DNA of 54,929 nt, filler included, from Ionaspis alba (lineage: Eukaryota): assembly GCA_964255285.1 (NCBI GenBank). It is 4 parts of 4 records of this genome, joined end to end, with 100 filler letters (N's around TTAATTAATTAA, not from the genome) between each part and the next. Parts side by side here need not be neighbours in the genome. Positions count along the whole stretch, not along the records: positions 27,610 to 41,273 come from CAXUUL010000454.1; positions 41,374 to 54,929 come from CAXUUL010000456.1; 2 more parts are not named here. One strand, written 5' to 3'. The position numbers and the translations under genes were made by a program. Positions 37,116 through 49,625 of this stretch are shown in pieces. The notes under the pieces were generated by a model. The model saw only the letters and a program-made list of their open reading frames with translations. It did not search any database and was not told the origin of the DNA. How positions within the stretch are numbered: position 1 is the first letter of the stretch; every line of letters begins with the position of its first letter.

Positions 37116-38290
37116 GGTGTCTCCGAGTTGAAAGAACAAATCTAGAAGAGGAGGGCTGACCGTAGAAGTTCGAAAGTGAAGCAATGAGGTGGGGATAATC
37201 TTCAGCCCGACAGAACTACGGACGATGATGCGCGGGGAGAGGACCTTAGTTGAGCGTACTACGGACCCACCTCCGGACAGGCGCCAATTTGGGAACGGAA
37301 ACTACGACGTGCATGACATTACCCTCTTCCCGGATCAGTGGTGCAGCCTGTCGATTAGCATCAGTCGACGAACCAAGTGCTCTTGAAAAGCAGAGAGATG
37401 CGGGAAAGAGAGAGCATGCGCCCAGTGACAGCGCCCTGTTTGTAGCGCTAGAATATGTATAGCAGTCGCTGTTATCACTTCTATCCACCAGTATTATCGC
37501 TGCTCATCCTGTTCTGAACCTGCATTTTGACGTGACGAGAGAATTGCCCCACCCATCTCACCTGCGTCGTGGAAGATCGTGCTTGTGCCGCACACAGAGC
37601 CTACCGCACGACACCAACTGCCCATCACTCCCGAATCGTATATGCCTCTATGTCATGGTCGATAGAAGCGTCCAAAGGCTATTCAGACGCTCGTCATGGC
37701 AATCCTTCGCCACTCCTCCCGCCTTCCACCACGCTTCATTAGTGCGCGCAGGGTCCTTGTGTTGAGATCCAAGATTCTCCAGATCCGTTCTCCGCAAACC
37801 CTTCGACGTCGTCTTTCACGCACTTGCAGAAATTTCTGCTCTCCATCTTCACTTACGATCGTATACCTTGAACCCCCTACTGTTCTACCATCAGATTGAC
37901 CCCTTCACTTGAGTTGGATCGCACGGAAATAATTTCCGAAACTCGAAGATGGTTAGCTTCTTAAATACTCGCACTCCCTACCAACTCAATCATTTCCGCC
38001 TTGGACTATTGTGCAGAAATTAAGACTGTTCCTGTCGAGCGTAAATAGCCTGTCTTTCGTAACGAGATGATGTAAAGTATGCGCGCTCTTCTTTTGTTCG
38101 TTTGCGCTGCGCTATTGTCGCGGTCACGGGCTATCAGTACGAAAACTAACTTGCGATTTGAGCATTCGAGTATTCACAAACTACCAGCTTTCAAGGCCCT
38201 CATAGCCTTCACTATACGGACAGATAGCCTGAGTGTTTCTCGCCCTTGCCAGTGGTCGGAAGAGAAGGGAGTATCTCCTATTTATCCAAG

Positions 38291-41273
38291 ATGGACCGAC
38301 CACCTCCAGAAGCTCTTTTCAGACATGGCCAAGGTTCGAAACGAAAGGCTACAAGCACATCAGGTCTCACTCCGAACGAACTGGTCCAGCCTACCAAACC
38401 AACACAGCATCCACCACCTCCTCTACTCAGTCCACCACGCTCCTTTCAGATTCCCTCACTACCAAACCCTTCCAGAACGGCGACTAGTGCGCCGAAAGTT
38501 GCGATACCTCGATTACGACGACCCAGCGACACCAAGTCCACTACAGGATCATTGAAGGCAGGAGACAAGCACAGAGTGAACCATGCTTGCGAACCATGTC
38601 GTCATAGGAAGACAAAATGCAGTGGCGAAGTCCCGATCTGCAAACACTGCGAGGATTTCAACATCCAATGTGTATATGCCGATGGAAAACGAGACCGTGT
38701 CAAGAAGTAGGTTGTTCCTATTAGACATCATCGTGCACCTCTGTACCCGGATCTCTAATATAAATTAGAGAAATTGGGCACATGGCTGGAAAGATCGACA
38801 CCTACGAGCAGATTTTATTGGATGTTACCTCGCAGGTAGACGCAGTCAACCAGGCACGAATTCGAAGAGCGTTAGAAAAGGTCAGAGTTGAAGAGGGTCA
38901 ATGAGTACTATATGCATGCTAATACACTAAAGGACACAACCTCGGAAGAAGACGACGCGCAGTCTGCGGTCAGTTCGAAGCGAAGTATCAACCACTTTAG
39001 AGGTGCCAGGGATGGTGTCGGAGAGGACCAGGTTTCCGCAGAGGTCGGGTCGACCGGTTCATTGGATCAAATCAAGGAAGACTTCAATCGCACCGAGGAC
39101 GCAAGAGCGACAGGCTTTATGGGCAAGATATCCGAAGTCACCTGGATGCATCGCCTGCGGACCAAGGCAGAAGATGGTTCATCTCCAGACTCTGGTGAGG
39201 ACGACAAATCCAACCAAACGGCTTTCCCGAATGGAATCGATCTACCCCCGAGCAGCACTCATCATGGACTCCCGAGTGGAAGCAGGAGCGCTCAAAACTC
39301 GCAGCCTCTGGAAGGGGATGGGCTGGTAGACTCGACATATCATTGCGATGACATAGCAATGCTTCAGCCCGACCAAGTGGATCCTTATGAACTTCCGCCA
39401 AGGCACGTTGCTGAGTTCCTCCTTCAGACTTACCTCGAGACTGTGCATCCCAGCTTCCCAATTATCGGCAAGCTGAATTTTGCCAAGCAAATGAAAAGCT
39501 TCTTTGACAATGACCAGTCACGTCCTGGAACCAGCTGGTTGGCAATTCTCAATTTCATCTTTGCCATTGCGGCAAAGTATTCCCATTTAGTGCAGGCCGA
39601 ACTTCGAGGAGATGATAGGGATCACCTCATATATTTTACCCGAGGTCGAGTCTTGGGCATGGAGGGAGATGGTATCCTTGCGCAACCAGACTTGCAGCGC
39701 GTACAGGTAACAGGCTTGATGGCGTTCTATCTCATGTCTGTCAATCAGATCAACAGGCATGCTTCTTTCTCAAAGATTACTAGGTATATGTGGCTTACGA
39801 AATCAGATCCTGGACGGTGTGCGGTGTGGCCCTGCGCTATTGTGTCGCGCTTGGATTGCATCTTCGAAATGAAAATCCAAGACTATCCGAACCGAACAAG
39901 GAAATCCGGTATCGAGTCTGGTGGTCCTTATACTGCCTCGAGCGTATTCTCGGTGTCATGACTGGCAGACCGACCTCTGTTGCGGACCTGGACTGTGTGA
40001 CTCCTCTACCTGTGCCGATTGACGAAGAAGCGTTTTCGAACCCCAATAATGCGATGCAAAACACCGAGGTGATCCGTAGGATGCGTAGACACTCCAGTCA
40101 GGACTCGCCAAAGCCTTTGTCGACACCATCTTCCATGCCCTCTCCCCGAACAAGGATGTCACCCACAGTCTCCAATTCCCCTTCCTCACAACAGTCCGGT
40201 GCCGACTCCTTCAATCGAGCCCAGCCAAGTATATCCCTCTATTTCCTCAACCACACTCACCTCAGCATGCTCACCCAAGAGGTCCTCACGAACCTCTACC
40301 GCCCCGGCGTCATGACAACCGCCTGGTCCACGGTCCAATCCAAAATCTCCATCCTCGACAGCAAACTCGAAAACTGGCGAAGCAATCTCCCCGCCGTCTT
40401 CGACTTCACCAAAAAGCAACGCGATCAACAATTCGCCCGCCAACGCATGGCTCTCGGCTTCTTCTACTATAGCACCCGCCTCATCATCAACCGGCCCTGC
40501 CTCTGCCGTGTAAACAGACACATCGCACACGCAACCTCCAAATCCCGCGACTTCAACCGCACCGCCGCGAGCAACTGCGTGCAAGCGGCGCGCGGCATGC
40601 TAGACCTCATCCCGGACGAGCCAAATCCCATCGGCTTCTTCAAAGTCGGTCCCTGGTGGTGCCTCACGCACCACCTCATGCAAGCCGCCACCATCCTCAT
40701 GCTCGAGCTCTTCTACCGTGCCGAACACCTCCCCAACACCGCCGACGCCATCCTCGCCGCCGCGAAAAAAGCCACCTACTGGCTCAATCAAATGTCCCGC
40801 GAGAGTCTCGCCGCCCACCGCGCCTGGAAGCATTGCAACGAGATGCTGCGTAAGGTAGCCCCCCGCGTCGGCCGCTCCGCCGACGATATGCCAACGGACA
40901 CTCCGCGCTCGACCGCCGCAAAGGCCGCTCCTGGCGCTGGTCCGACCGTCCGCTCACCAATCCCGCGGCCTATCTCCCACGAAGACGAGTCCTGGGGCGG
41001 CCATGCAGCCTTCATCCGCCGCTTTCCTGATCAGCACTACTATGGTGGACCGGCCCCAGAAAACGAGGCTACGTTCCATCCACCGATGTACACGAGCTAT
41101 GACGAGTATCTGTCTTTCGACGCGTCGATGCCGCACGGGACTAGTATGGGAGGTTTCTTTCCAGCTAGTGCGCAGATGGATTCGTTTGCGCCGGGATTGG
41201 AGGCGTCAGCGCAGGGTTTTGGGGATGGATTGGGGTATTGGGGAGATGTGGGGCTGGTTAATGGGATGCCGGA
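38291..41273 (+). CDS. Zn(II)2Cys6 transcription factor with fungal-specific TF (MHR) domain; 3' end lost in gap
   Basis: HACEPCRHRKTKCSGEVPICKHCEDFNIQCVY cluster. Introns 38707-38768, 38881-38932 and 39757-39806 (GC-AG). MHR motifs YLETVHPSFPII, ALGLHLRN and EIRYRVWWSLYCLERILGVMTGRP. The frame is open into the gap. Confidence 0.92.
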
Positions 41274-41373
41274 NNNNNNNNNNNNNNNNNNNNNNNNNNN
41301 NNNNNNNNNNNNNNNNNTTAATTAATTAANNNNNNNNNNNNNNNNNNNNNNNNNNNNNNNNNNNNNNNNNNNN
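41274..41373. other. Assembly gap with TTAATTAATTAA linker (41318-41329)
   Basis: N run with central 12-mer linker. Confidence 0.97.
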
Positions 41374-41595
41374 TGCCTCTACAAGAGCCCTAGAAGCAAG
41401 GTCTTATGGATGTAGCATGATGTCCGAAGATGGGACAGTTTGTTGAAGTTCGGGAGGAAGGAACCTCGGCTATCTACTCGAGAGCTTTACCGTAAAACAC
41501 AACAACAGATCGTGAGTAAGAACAAAGCTTTTGCTACCGATACGCAAAGATGATTATTGTGTCGTCGACTCTTAAAAGTCACCAAAGGATACAGA

Positions 41596-43789
41596 ATGGC
41601 TACAGACCAGTCTTTGGCTACTCTGTTACGCGCCTTGCAAGTTCCCTTGAGTGATCAGGACGTCTCAAGGTAATCTCCAAGTCCTTTCCGATCATCTACG
41701 TATCAGGAATCACTGACCTTTCTAGGCTTCTTGGATCGGCCGTCACACTCTTGACACTACTCTCCAACCCTCTCAATATCACCTTACTTACGGCTCATCT
41801 CCTCACCGCTCCAGCAATATGGCACATTGCCGATGGCCTCCGCACTCCTTTCAGCATATTAGGCGTTTTCAATTCCGCGTGTTTACAGGTTCTGCGGCAC
41901 GAGACTACTCGAGGCTCGGAATTCTCTCGAGAGAGAGGATACTTGGCTAAAGAAGTTTGGGTCAAGGCAGTAGTCAATGGAGCGGACGCAAGGTCTCCAA
42001 GGTGGAAGCATCTACTTGTCCTAGGCGGGCTCTTGATGGGCTTCGAAAGTCACGACCGACATGGTTTACCGATAGCGTTGCGGAGAACTCTCGAAGGAGC
42101 CACAGTGAAAGCAGCGAATCTCGCACTACAAGAAACAACAACCGCCGACAATTTGGGTCCGTCGACTATTTGCATGGTTTTGGGTCATGCACTTGATCTA
42201 CTGAGTGATTTCGAAAAGTCTCAAATCAATTATGACCTCCTTCTTCCTATCCTCATCGATAGCATGTTTTTATCGAAGATGGGCCTCCAGTGGGGCTACT
42301 TCCTGGGCACTATGGATGCGGACATCATTCAAGTGGCCAACAATACTTTCGACTGGTCACCTAGATCCTCAACGTACGTCCAACTCCAGAGAATATTTTC
42401 TGGACCTCTCGTATCTTCCCTTGGATCCCTCTCGCGTCTGGTGTCACAGTGCATTGAACGGGTTAGGGAGGTAAATATCCTATTCAGAATGACCGAAGAT
42501 CTGGCTGCTTTCACCAGGTCACTCGGCATCCAGTGGAGACAGAACAAGCTTTCGGAGGTGGACCCCACAGAAGAAACTGTCTATCTTAACCGGGAGACTA
42601 GGAAGTCCACTTTGCCGCTCTTATGGCAGGTATTGAAGTCTACCATGTTTGCCATTGTCGTTATCCAGCGTTCGCTTTTGGGTCGTGTGCTTGGCGATGG
42701 TAATATTCCAGCTACTGAAGGTTGGCATCTCATTGAATCATGAGCGACTGCTTACTGACGATCTCAGCTCCATTCTTTGCTATTCAGAATCTGCATATCT
42801 TGCGAAATATCCACTTCATTTCGTCTCGTCTTGGGAAAGACTCGTTCTCCCAATACGTATTCGTTCATCTTACTTCTATCGACATTCTGTCTAAGTATCT
42901 TGTACAAGCCGAGGCGTTCTTAAGAGAGATTCGGCCTACAGACTTTGGACGAATATCGGACCACCCTTATGAGAGATGCCAAGATCTTTATTTCTTCAAT
43001 ACTGCTGAGCATTTTACTCTTGTACTATCTCCGAAGACCAGTGAAGAACTTTTGCTAGGCGCCGCATTTCCATATCTTGGTACTAGAAGTGACTCCAGAC
43101 TGCTGGAACTGTTTGAAGCTGCTCACAGTGTGGTGCTTGCTATCTTCTGCGCCTCTCAGAATCACGAGCTTGTAGTCAAAAATTTACCGCCATATCTTGA
43201 TACACTATTCGAGGTTAGTGGCATTTGCCCGTTCAATCAATGTTGAAGAGCAAGTTCTGACTTCCTCCAGGTGTTTCCACAAAATCTTTCTCCACGTCAA
43301 TTTCGGCTTGCCATCAAGACCCTGGTCCGGATCACATCTCCACCATCCTACATATCTGTTCAGCAGCCTCTCCTTTCCTCCACAATTCTTGAAATGGTTC
43401 ATCATCGTGCAGGGAACGCTCCTACAGAAGCACTTCCACCCTTTCACAATGAAGATGCAGATCGTCGAGGCACCTCGCCTTCCGAACAGGCGGTTCTGGT
43501 GCTGACACTGATAGACTCACTATCCGTACTGTCCTTAGAATCACTCCAAGAATGGTTGCCGTTGACGGCAGCGGCCGCCAACGCCATTGAGCAGCAGGAC
43601 ATGCGACAGCAATGTAGGCAACGATTCTGGGAGGCCTTGAGTAAGGGGGAGATGGATGTTGGCAGGGCTGCAATCTGCGTCAGCTGGTGGAATACGGGAG
43701 GAGGCAGGAACATGCTGCTCTTTGGAGGGTCTGAACGGGACGACGGCCCTTTCATGAGTGGTGCTCTGGGAGAGACGAGCAGGCTGTGA
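41596..43789 (+). CDS. PEX8: Peroxin Pex8 (filamentous-fungal 'Pex17'-annotated type)
   Basis: LLTLLSNPLNITLLTAHLLTAPAIW, SPRWKHLLVLGGLL, QWRQNKLSEVD and FPQNLSPRQFRLA. C-terminal PTS1 SRL*. Introns near 41670-41725, 42721-42767 and 43214-43270. Confidence 0.92.
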
Positions 43790-43882
43790 TGGAAAACGAG
43801 TGTGGACTCCGCCTATGGGTTCAATAATGTCCAAGAGCACTAGAACAGCAGCAATAAGGCTCTGTTTACTGGGCAAAACCAC

Positions 43883-43982
43883 NNNNNNNNNNNNNNNNNN
43901 NNNNNNNNNNNNNNNNNNNNNNNNNNNNNNNNNNNNNNNNNNNNNNNNNNNNNNNNNNNNNNNNNNNNNNNNNNNNNNNNNN
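43883..43982. other. Assembly gap (100 N)
   Basis: Run of N. Confidence 0.99.
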
Positions 43983-44222
43983 TTAGCTCTCAGGTGCTAT
44001 CGACATCGACACAAGTGGGGCTTTGAAGTGAATACACAGATGACCAAGGCCGGGAAAGCGTCATTCGCAGATTATCGACCTCTAGATCCATATTCTCCGG
44101 GGAATAAGGACCATCATCACAAAGTCCTGTCCGGCAGCGCCATTCGTTGTTCGAGATTCCTGAGCTTGAGACCTTCTAAGATCGCCGGTCAGTCGGACTT
44201 AATAGAACTCCTCGAAACTACA

Positions 44223-44504
44223 ATGTGCTTTAAGGAAATCTTCACTTACATCGCTTGCGGCTGCGTCAAACACGATCACTACTACTGCAATCGAAATATT
44301 GATCGAAGCCACTTCTTCGCCGTACGATGTCCCGAGTACCACAAGAAAGCAGGGTCGCCAGGGGAAGGGAATTGCAACCACCACGATGTGCACCCGAAGA
44401 CATCGACCAGCGAACCAGAGGAGCAGCTAATTTCTAAGCTGTGGAAGAAGACCGGAGGACAGAGATATTTCTTGTGCACTTGCTGCACTTGCAGAACACA
44501 ATGA
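44223..44504 (+). CDS. Small Cys/His-rich hypothetical protein (93 aa)
   Basis: ACA-ATG start, MCFKEIFTYIACGCVKHDHYYCNR...RC...NCNHH...LCTCCTCRTQ*. Resembles the MC-x(n)-CGC/H start of many small fungal orphan proteins. No signal peptide. Confidence 0.45.
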   Translation: MCFKEIFTYIACGCVKHDHYYCNRNIDRSHFFAVRCPEYHKKAGSPGEGNCNHHDVHPKTSTSEPEEQLISKLWKKTGGQRYFLCTCCTCRTQ

Positions 44505-44685
44505 AAAATTCTTGGAACGAGGAAAGGATGCAAGAATACACTGCTGTTGGAGGACATGCGCCTTCAATTCGTTCAAGGTTAGAGCCTTCAATCCCAGGGA
44601 TATCTGCGAAACACCAATGTACTCCTTCGGCACCATCAGCCACACTAGTATGTCATAACCTCGAATGTCCATCCCTGTCAATCCG

Positions 44686-45618
44686 TCACCGAATAAAAGG
44701 TATCCCAACCCATGATCTATTCCTGTACTCCACATACTCGTCCCCAAAAAACTTTACGAGCAACTCCTCTTCCTCTGTAATCCGTACCGGTCAGCCTCTC
44801 CCTGGGACATCGGACCCGCAACACAGTGGAGAATTAGACTCACTTTCAATCCGGTGACTGAAGAACCTCCACAGCACCACCGCATATCCCACAAAGCAGA
44901 CCGTATTCCCTAGCACAGCCTGGGTTCCCAAACCCCACCAGAAGAACCCAAAATAGCTTGGATGCCTCAGCCAGCCATAAATCCCACTTGTGACAAGCTC
45001 ATGCCCCGTCTTCTTCTGCCACTGCACGGTATGATTGAAATTGCTCCCTGCTTGCACCATGGCCGTTGTTCGTACAACCTGCCCAACCACCAACATCGTA
45101 AACCCCAGCACCGTGAGCCATGTTCTTACCGGCTCAGACACAAACTGCCAGTCCCGGAGGTATGTGTGAGAGAAAACGCATTCTTGGAAGGCAAGTGAGT
45201 GCGCGATGTTGTACGCGATTCCATTTTGTGAGAGTAGGAAGGCCGATATCGTTGCGACGGAGGGGTTGTAGCGGGCTGTGGTGAAGAATTCGAGAAAATG
45301 GAAGAGGGCGAGGCTGGCGATGAAGAAGGGAGCACGCCAAAGGGGGTTGGAGATCGCTGCGAGGAGGAGCGAAAGGGAGAGCGAGATACCGAGGGCGAGG
45401 CCGAGAAGACCGGCACGAAGAGAGATCCCGGACAGGGATCTTGAGCCATGAGGTAAATTCGATGGATCGAACTGTAGGCTGGGGGACGGCGGGGCGGCGC
45501 TTGGAGTGTGGCCGTTGGCGTGAGTTGTTTGCGGGACGAAAGGGTTCCGAGGATTTGAGCGGTTGGAAGCAGAGGCGAGTGAGGACGGGAGGTGGGTCGA
45601 TGTGGTGGATGTGGCCAT
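44686..45618 (-). CDS. STE14: Protein-S-isoprenylcysteine O-methyltransferase (ICMT)
   Basis: LALFHFLEF, AGSNFNHTVQ, HELVTSGIYGWLRHPSYFGFFWW and, after intron 44775-44843, RIEKEEELLVKFFGDEYVEYRNRSWVGIPFIR*. Confidence 0.95.
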
Positions 45619-46060
45619 AGCCAAAAGAGTATCAACAGAATTAGAATAATCTGTGCAGTGAGATTTGTAGCATCTTAATGAGGATCTCGGGAATGGCAAG
45701 GGTGTGGCATGGTTGTAGCTCGTACTGATTGACAGAGCTTGCGGAGCTTAGCATTGTTCCGCCGCATGCAATTTTCGGCAAGCCTTACCCTAAGTCTTTG
45801 CTGTGCTCGCTGGGTTACAGTAGTATAGCCAACTGAATTAGTGCCTTGTCATCAAAATTAAAGCCGAACGATCGTCGATAGATCTCATTGCATCAAAGAA
45901 TGATAACCATTATTTCATAGTTGTTCTTGTATCCTAATCTTAGTGCAAACAGCTACTATTCCTTACATTCCCTATCAGATTTAGTTTTTCCTTCAAGACC
46001 GAAAGAGTTCAGACCACAGTGAAAAGACTATCATAGAGTTAGACCAAGAGCTAGAATACT

Positions 46061-46937
46061 ATGGCAATGTCGGAGAACAAGCAAAAGATGCTGCGGGGAG
46101 AGTTGTATTATGCATTCACACCGGAGTTGGTAAAGGAGCGAACTCGATGCCTCCATGCGTGTCATCGTTTCAACTCCGCTGGGGAAGTGGGACGAAGACG
46201 AATGGTGGAATTGTTCAGAGAGTATGTTCATTGACTGCCATAAGTTCGCCAAAATATCACGCAATGCATCGTTTGGCAAAGTCCACTGACCTCGTGAATT
46301 GTGAAGCGTCTTGGGGGACACTAGACCCATGCCCGCGCAACTTCCAGACCAAGCTGAAGATGAGGCCCAGCTCAATGATGACGCTTGGGTGGAGCCACCG
46401 GTCCATGTTGATTATGGCACCAATGTTCGACTTGCATCTAATGTTTACATGAACTTTAATTGCACAATTCTGGACACATGCCTTGTTACAATTGGTTCTC
46501 GTGTCCTCATAGGCCCAAATGTCTCCTTCTACAGTGGTACTCACCCTCTGGATCCCGAGTTGCGAAACGGGACTGCGGGCCCGGAGACAGGGAAAGAGAT
46601 CCATGTTGAGGAAGACTGCTGGATTGGTGGCAATGTGACGGTTCTGCCAGGAGTTAGGATAGGGAGGGGAAGCACTATTGGTGCTGGAAGTGTGGTGACA
46701 AAGGTAATGCTCTATATGCCATAAGCTTTTGGAATATCACTGACATGATTTTATTAGGACGTTCCTCCTTTTACCGTTGTTGCAGGAAACCCAGCACGAG
46801 TAATCCGAAAGGTTAAGACAAATATGGATCCGGAACAGCGGACTTCTAAGACAAAGGATCTTGGTAGAGATGTGAATGGCGCAGAAGATCCGATGGCCGA
46901 GGATGCAATCAAGCTAGAGCAAATGATGTCGCAATGA
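46061..46937 (+). CDS. Maltose/galactoside O-acetyltransferase family (hexapeptide-repeat LbH)
   Basis: N-terminal ENKQKMLRGELY, VEPPVHVDYGTNV, NFNCTILDT and WIGGNVTVLPGVRIGRGSTIGAGSVVTK|DVPPFTVVAGNPARVI. Introns 46222-46306 and 46704-46757. Confidence 0.93.
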
Positions 46938-47427
46938 GTATTTTAACCATGCACGTGGTCGCTGCAGAAATTGACAGGAGTGGTATGTATTTGACAGGTT
47001 TTCGCCGATACTTGTCCTTGCGACGTTGTAAGGAATGGAAACACAAGAAAGGGTTAGCATTTGGTGACGGTGCTGGAAAATCAACAGTCCCAGAAAAGAA
47101 ACTGGTGCATAAGAGACTCTACGAAAAGCCATGAGGATTATGACGTGGAAGGAAGCTCAATTCAAAAACATGTGGTTGAACTTATTGACACAGTCCTCGA
47201 TCCTCGTATAGAGTCTGTGTCCAAGTCTAGCATGACCGCCATCCAAATGGAGGGCCAGTATACCTAACCTCCTGATTATGCAACGTTCCCATGCTGTTTC
47301 CCCTTCGAGCTTGTTCTTCTATGGCCCAGACCGAGATGTTGTACACCTGTAAATGCGTTGAACGATGCCGTCGCCACCATCCGTTAGAAATATATTGTAC
47401 ACTTCCACCCCGTGCAGACATCCATTC

Positions 47428-47785
47428 TTAGAAAACACCCATTCCCCCGGCGGTGCCCGGTTGTTCCCTTTGTATCCTCGAGACACCCTGATTCCACGCT
47501 CTACTGACTGCGTTCCTCGTCTCCATGTATTTTTCCATACACTGCGATATACACGCATCCTCCTTCTTCGAGAGCGAGGTACCGGGTGTGGGAATGCATT
47601 TCTCGAAGCAGACTTCATTCATAGTCTAGAAATCCTTAGCTTGCGCAGGGTTTGCGGACGGGATGTTCACTGACTTTGATCAGTTCTCGGGCATTGTTAA
47701 CAGCAGCTTCCTGCTTGATCTGGTTCATGAGGGCAGTCTTGGGAGAGGTGGAGCCAGAGCCCAGACTATTGTTGATGGTATCCAT
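47428..47785 (-). CDS. TIM13: Mitochondrial IMS small Tim chaperone, Tim13 type
   Basis: QIKQEAAVNNARELIK|TMNEVCFEKCIPTPGTSLSKKEDACISQCMEKYM contains a twin CX3C motif. Intron 47626-47674. Confidence 0.9.
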
Positions 47786-48180
47786 CACGGGAAAGAAGGT
47801 CCAACGAGTCGGCGAATTTTCAACGTCGCAAGCTATGACTATACGCGATGCTTTGGGTTTCTCTGTGTGAATATTCGTAGCTGTCTGTGATTAGAAGTGT
47901 ACTGGGACCATCATGAGTGTCCTGATCAGTGGATCAAACTTTTTGGTCTGGCAATGGAGACTAGATTTAGGTCCATGCAGGAACATCAGCCGAGGGTCCA
48001 GTTGCTCCCGCGGCTACGGTTCCCTAATAGGTGTTTGGTGGTCAGGCCACGAGAGCAGTTGATGCTGCTCAAGACAAGACTTCTCCTTAACTAATTCCTT
48101 TGCCTCGCGCCCTGTGTGCCTACGTCGGGCTGGGAGCTACTTGTTAGTCTTCTGACACGACGATACAACCGTACTAAAGC

Positions 48181-49459
48181 ATGCGCACCCTGCTTCAGGC
48201 TGCGCTGCTCTGGCTGTCGGCATGGATGGGGGCAACGGCGGCTGATTCGGACTCCACGATCAAGAGCATACCTGTGAGTATGGCATCTTTTGGCCGAGAA
48301 AATTACTGACAAGTTGGCCCCCAGCTACGAACGCACAGCCTTGAACAGGTCAGTCATGCCTCTTTACGTCTCGAGCTGTCTCATTTGGCACAATGATAGC
48401 TTCTTCACGACATTGAATGGATCCGACTGATACGTTGCAATATAGCCATACCTCGACTCTGAAATGCAAAGTCGATGGTTTGATTTTGGAGGAGACACAA
48501 TCATAAAATCCGACGAGTAAGACATGATGTCTCGAGTCCAACAAAATCGTTGTTCACAACTCCCCTGCAGATATGTGCGGTTGGCTCCTGATCGGCCGTC
48601 ACGGACTGGATGGCTTTTTTCGAAGATGCCGTTGACAGCGACTAATTGGGAGGTGCGTTTTCCCACGCCTAAGCGGGACCGAAGCCAGTTTTTGACCGAG
48701 AACGAAGATTGAGTTTGAGTTCAAGATTCATGGCAAAGGCAATCTACACGGTGATGGCATGGCACTGTGGCTCACGAAACAACGGGCGACAGGAGGCTCC
48801 GTCTTTGGTTTTGTGGACAAGTTCGAAGGCCTAGGAGTGTTCTTTGATACATACAAGAATAATCGGCCAGGGGTGGTTTTCCCGTATGTAATGGCTATGG
48901 TCGGAGACGGTCAGAAGTCCTATGACAAGAACAATGACGGGAAGGACCAGGAGTTGGCAGGATGCTCGGTTCGTCGAGTTGTCCAGGGAGGAGGAATAGA
49001 TGGCTGATGTTGTCTCAGGCTCGAGGAATACGAGGTGCTGGCATCCCCACCAAAGCTCGTCTTACCTATTACCAAGACAAGTCTCTCAAACTCGAGCTCA
49101 ACTACAAGGCCGAGAACGAATGGACATTGTGTTTCGAAACTGGCGCGGTCGCTATTCCCTCAGTTGCTTACCTTGGATTCAGCGCCGAGACTGGGGAGCT
49201 CAGCGACGACTTCGATATAGTCTCCGTACAGACGAAAAATCTGTACAATGCCTCGCCCATGGATAGTTCCAAGAGCGGAGGTAGCGCCAGTTTGCCGAAA
49301 GGGAAAGGGAACAAGGGTTATGAATCCAAGCAGAGAAAAGAAGGTGGTGGATGGGGGTGGTGGTTTGTAAAAATTGTACTCTTTTGCATAGCGTGTGGTG
49401 GAGCATATGTTGGTTTTACGATGTATAGGACTTCGAAGCGGCATTCTAGGTTTGATTGA
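48181..49459 (+). CDS. L-type lectin cargo receptor (VIP36/LMAN2-like), type I membrane protein
   Basis: Signal peptide from ATG 48181, RWFDFGGDTII, PLTATNWE, GDGMALWLT, GLGVFFDTYKN and YLGFSAETGELSDDFDI. C-terminal TM helix with tail KRHSRFD. About five short introns. Confidence 0.9.
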
Positions 49460-49625
49460 GCCAAAAGTCCATGACTTGATTTCCAATTGAGCTGAGAGAC
49501 TTTCCCGTGCAACGTGAGCACGAAATAAGGATCATCGAATAGGATCGAGACCGTTTCCCCTGAGAATCTAGCACCGCCTTACACATGCCCCAACACCACC
49601 AGTGCGCATACCTCTAGATACACAT

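Noticed and set aside
43758..44222. 248-aa ORF spanning the gap after PEX8
   Set aside because: Its length is an artefact of reading through Ns. Only the ATG-initiated part from 44223 is retained.
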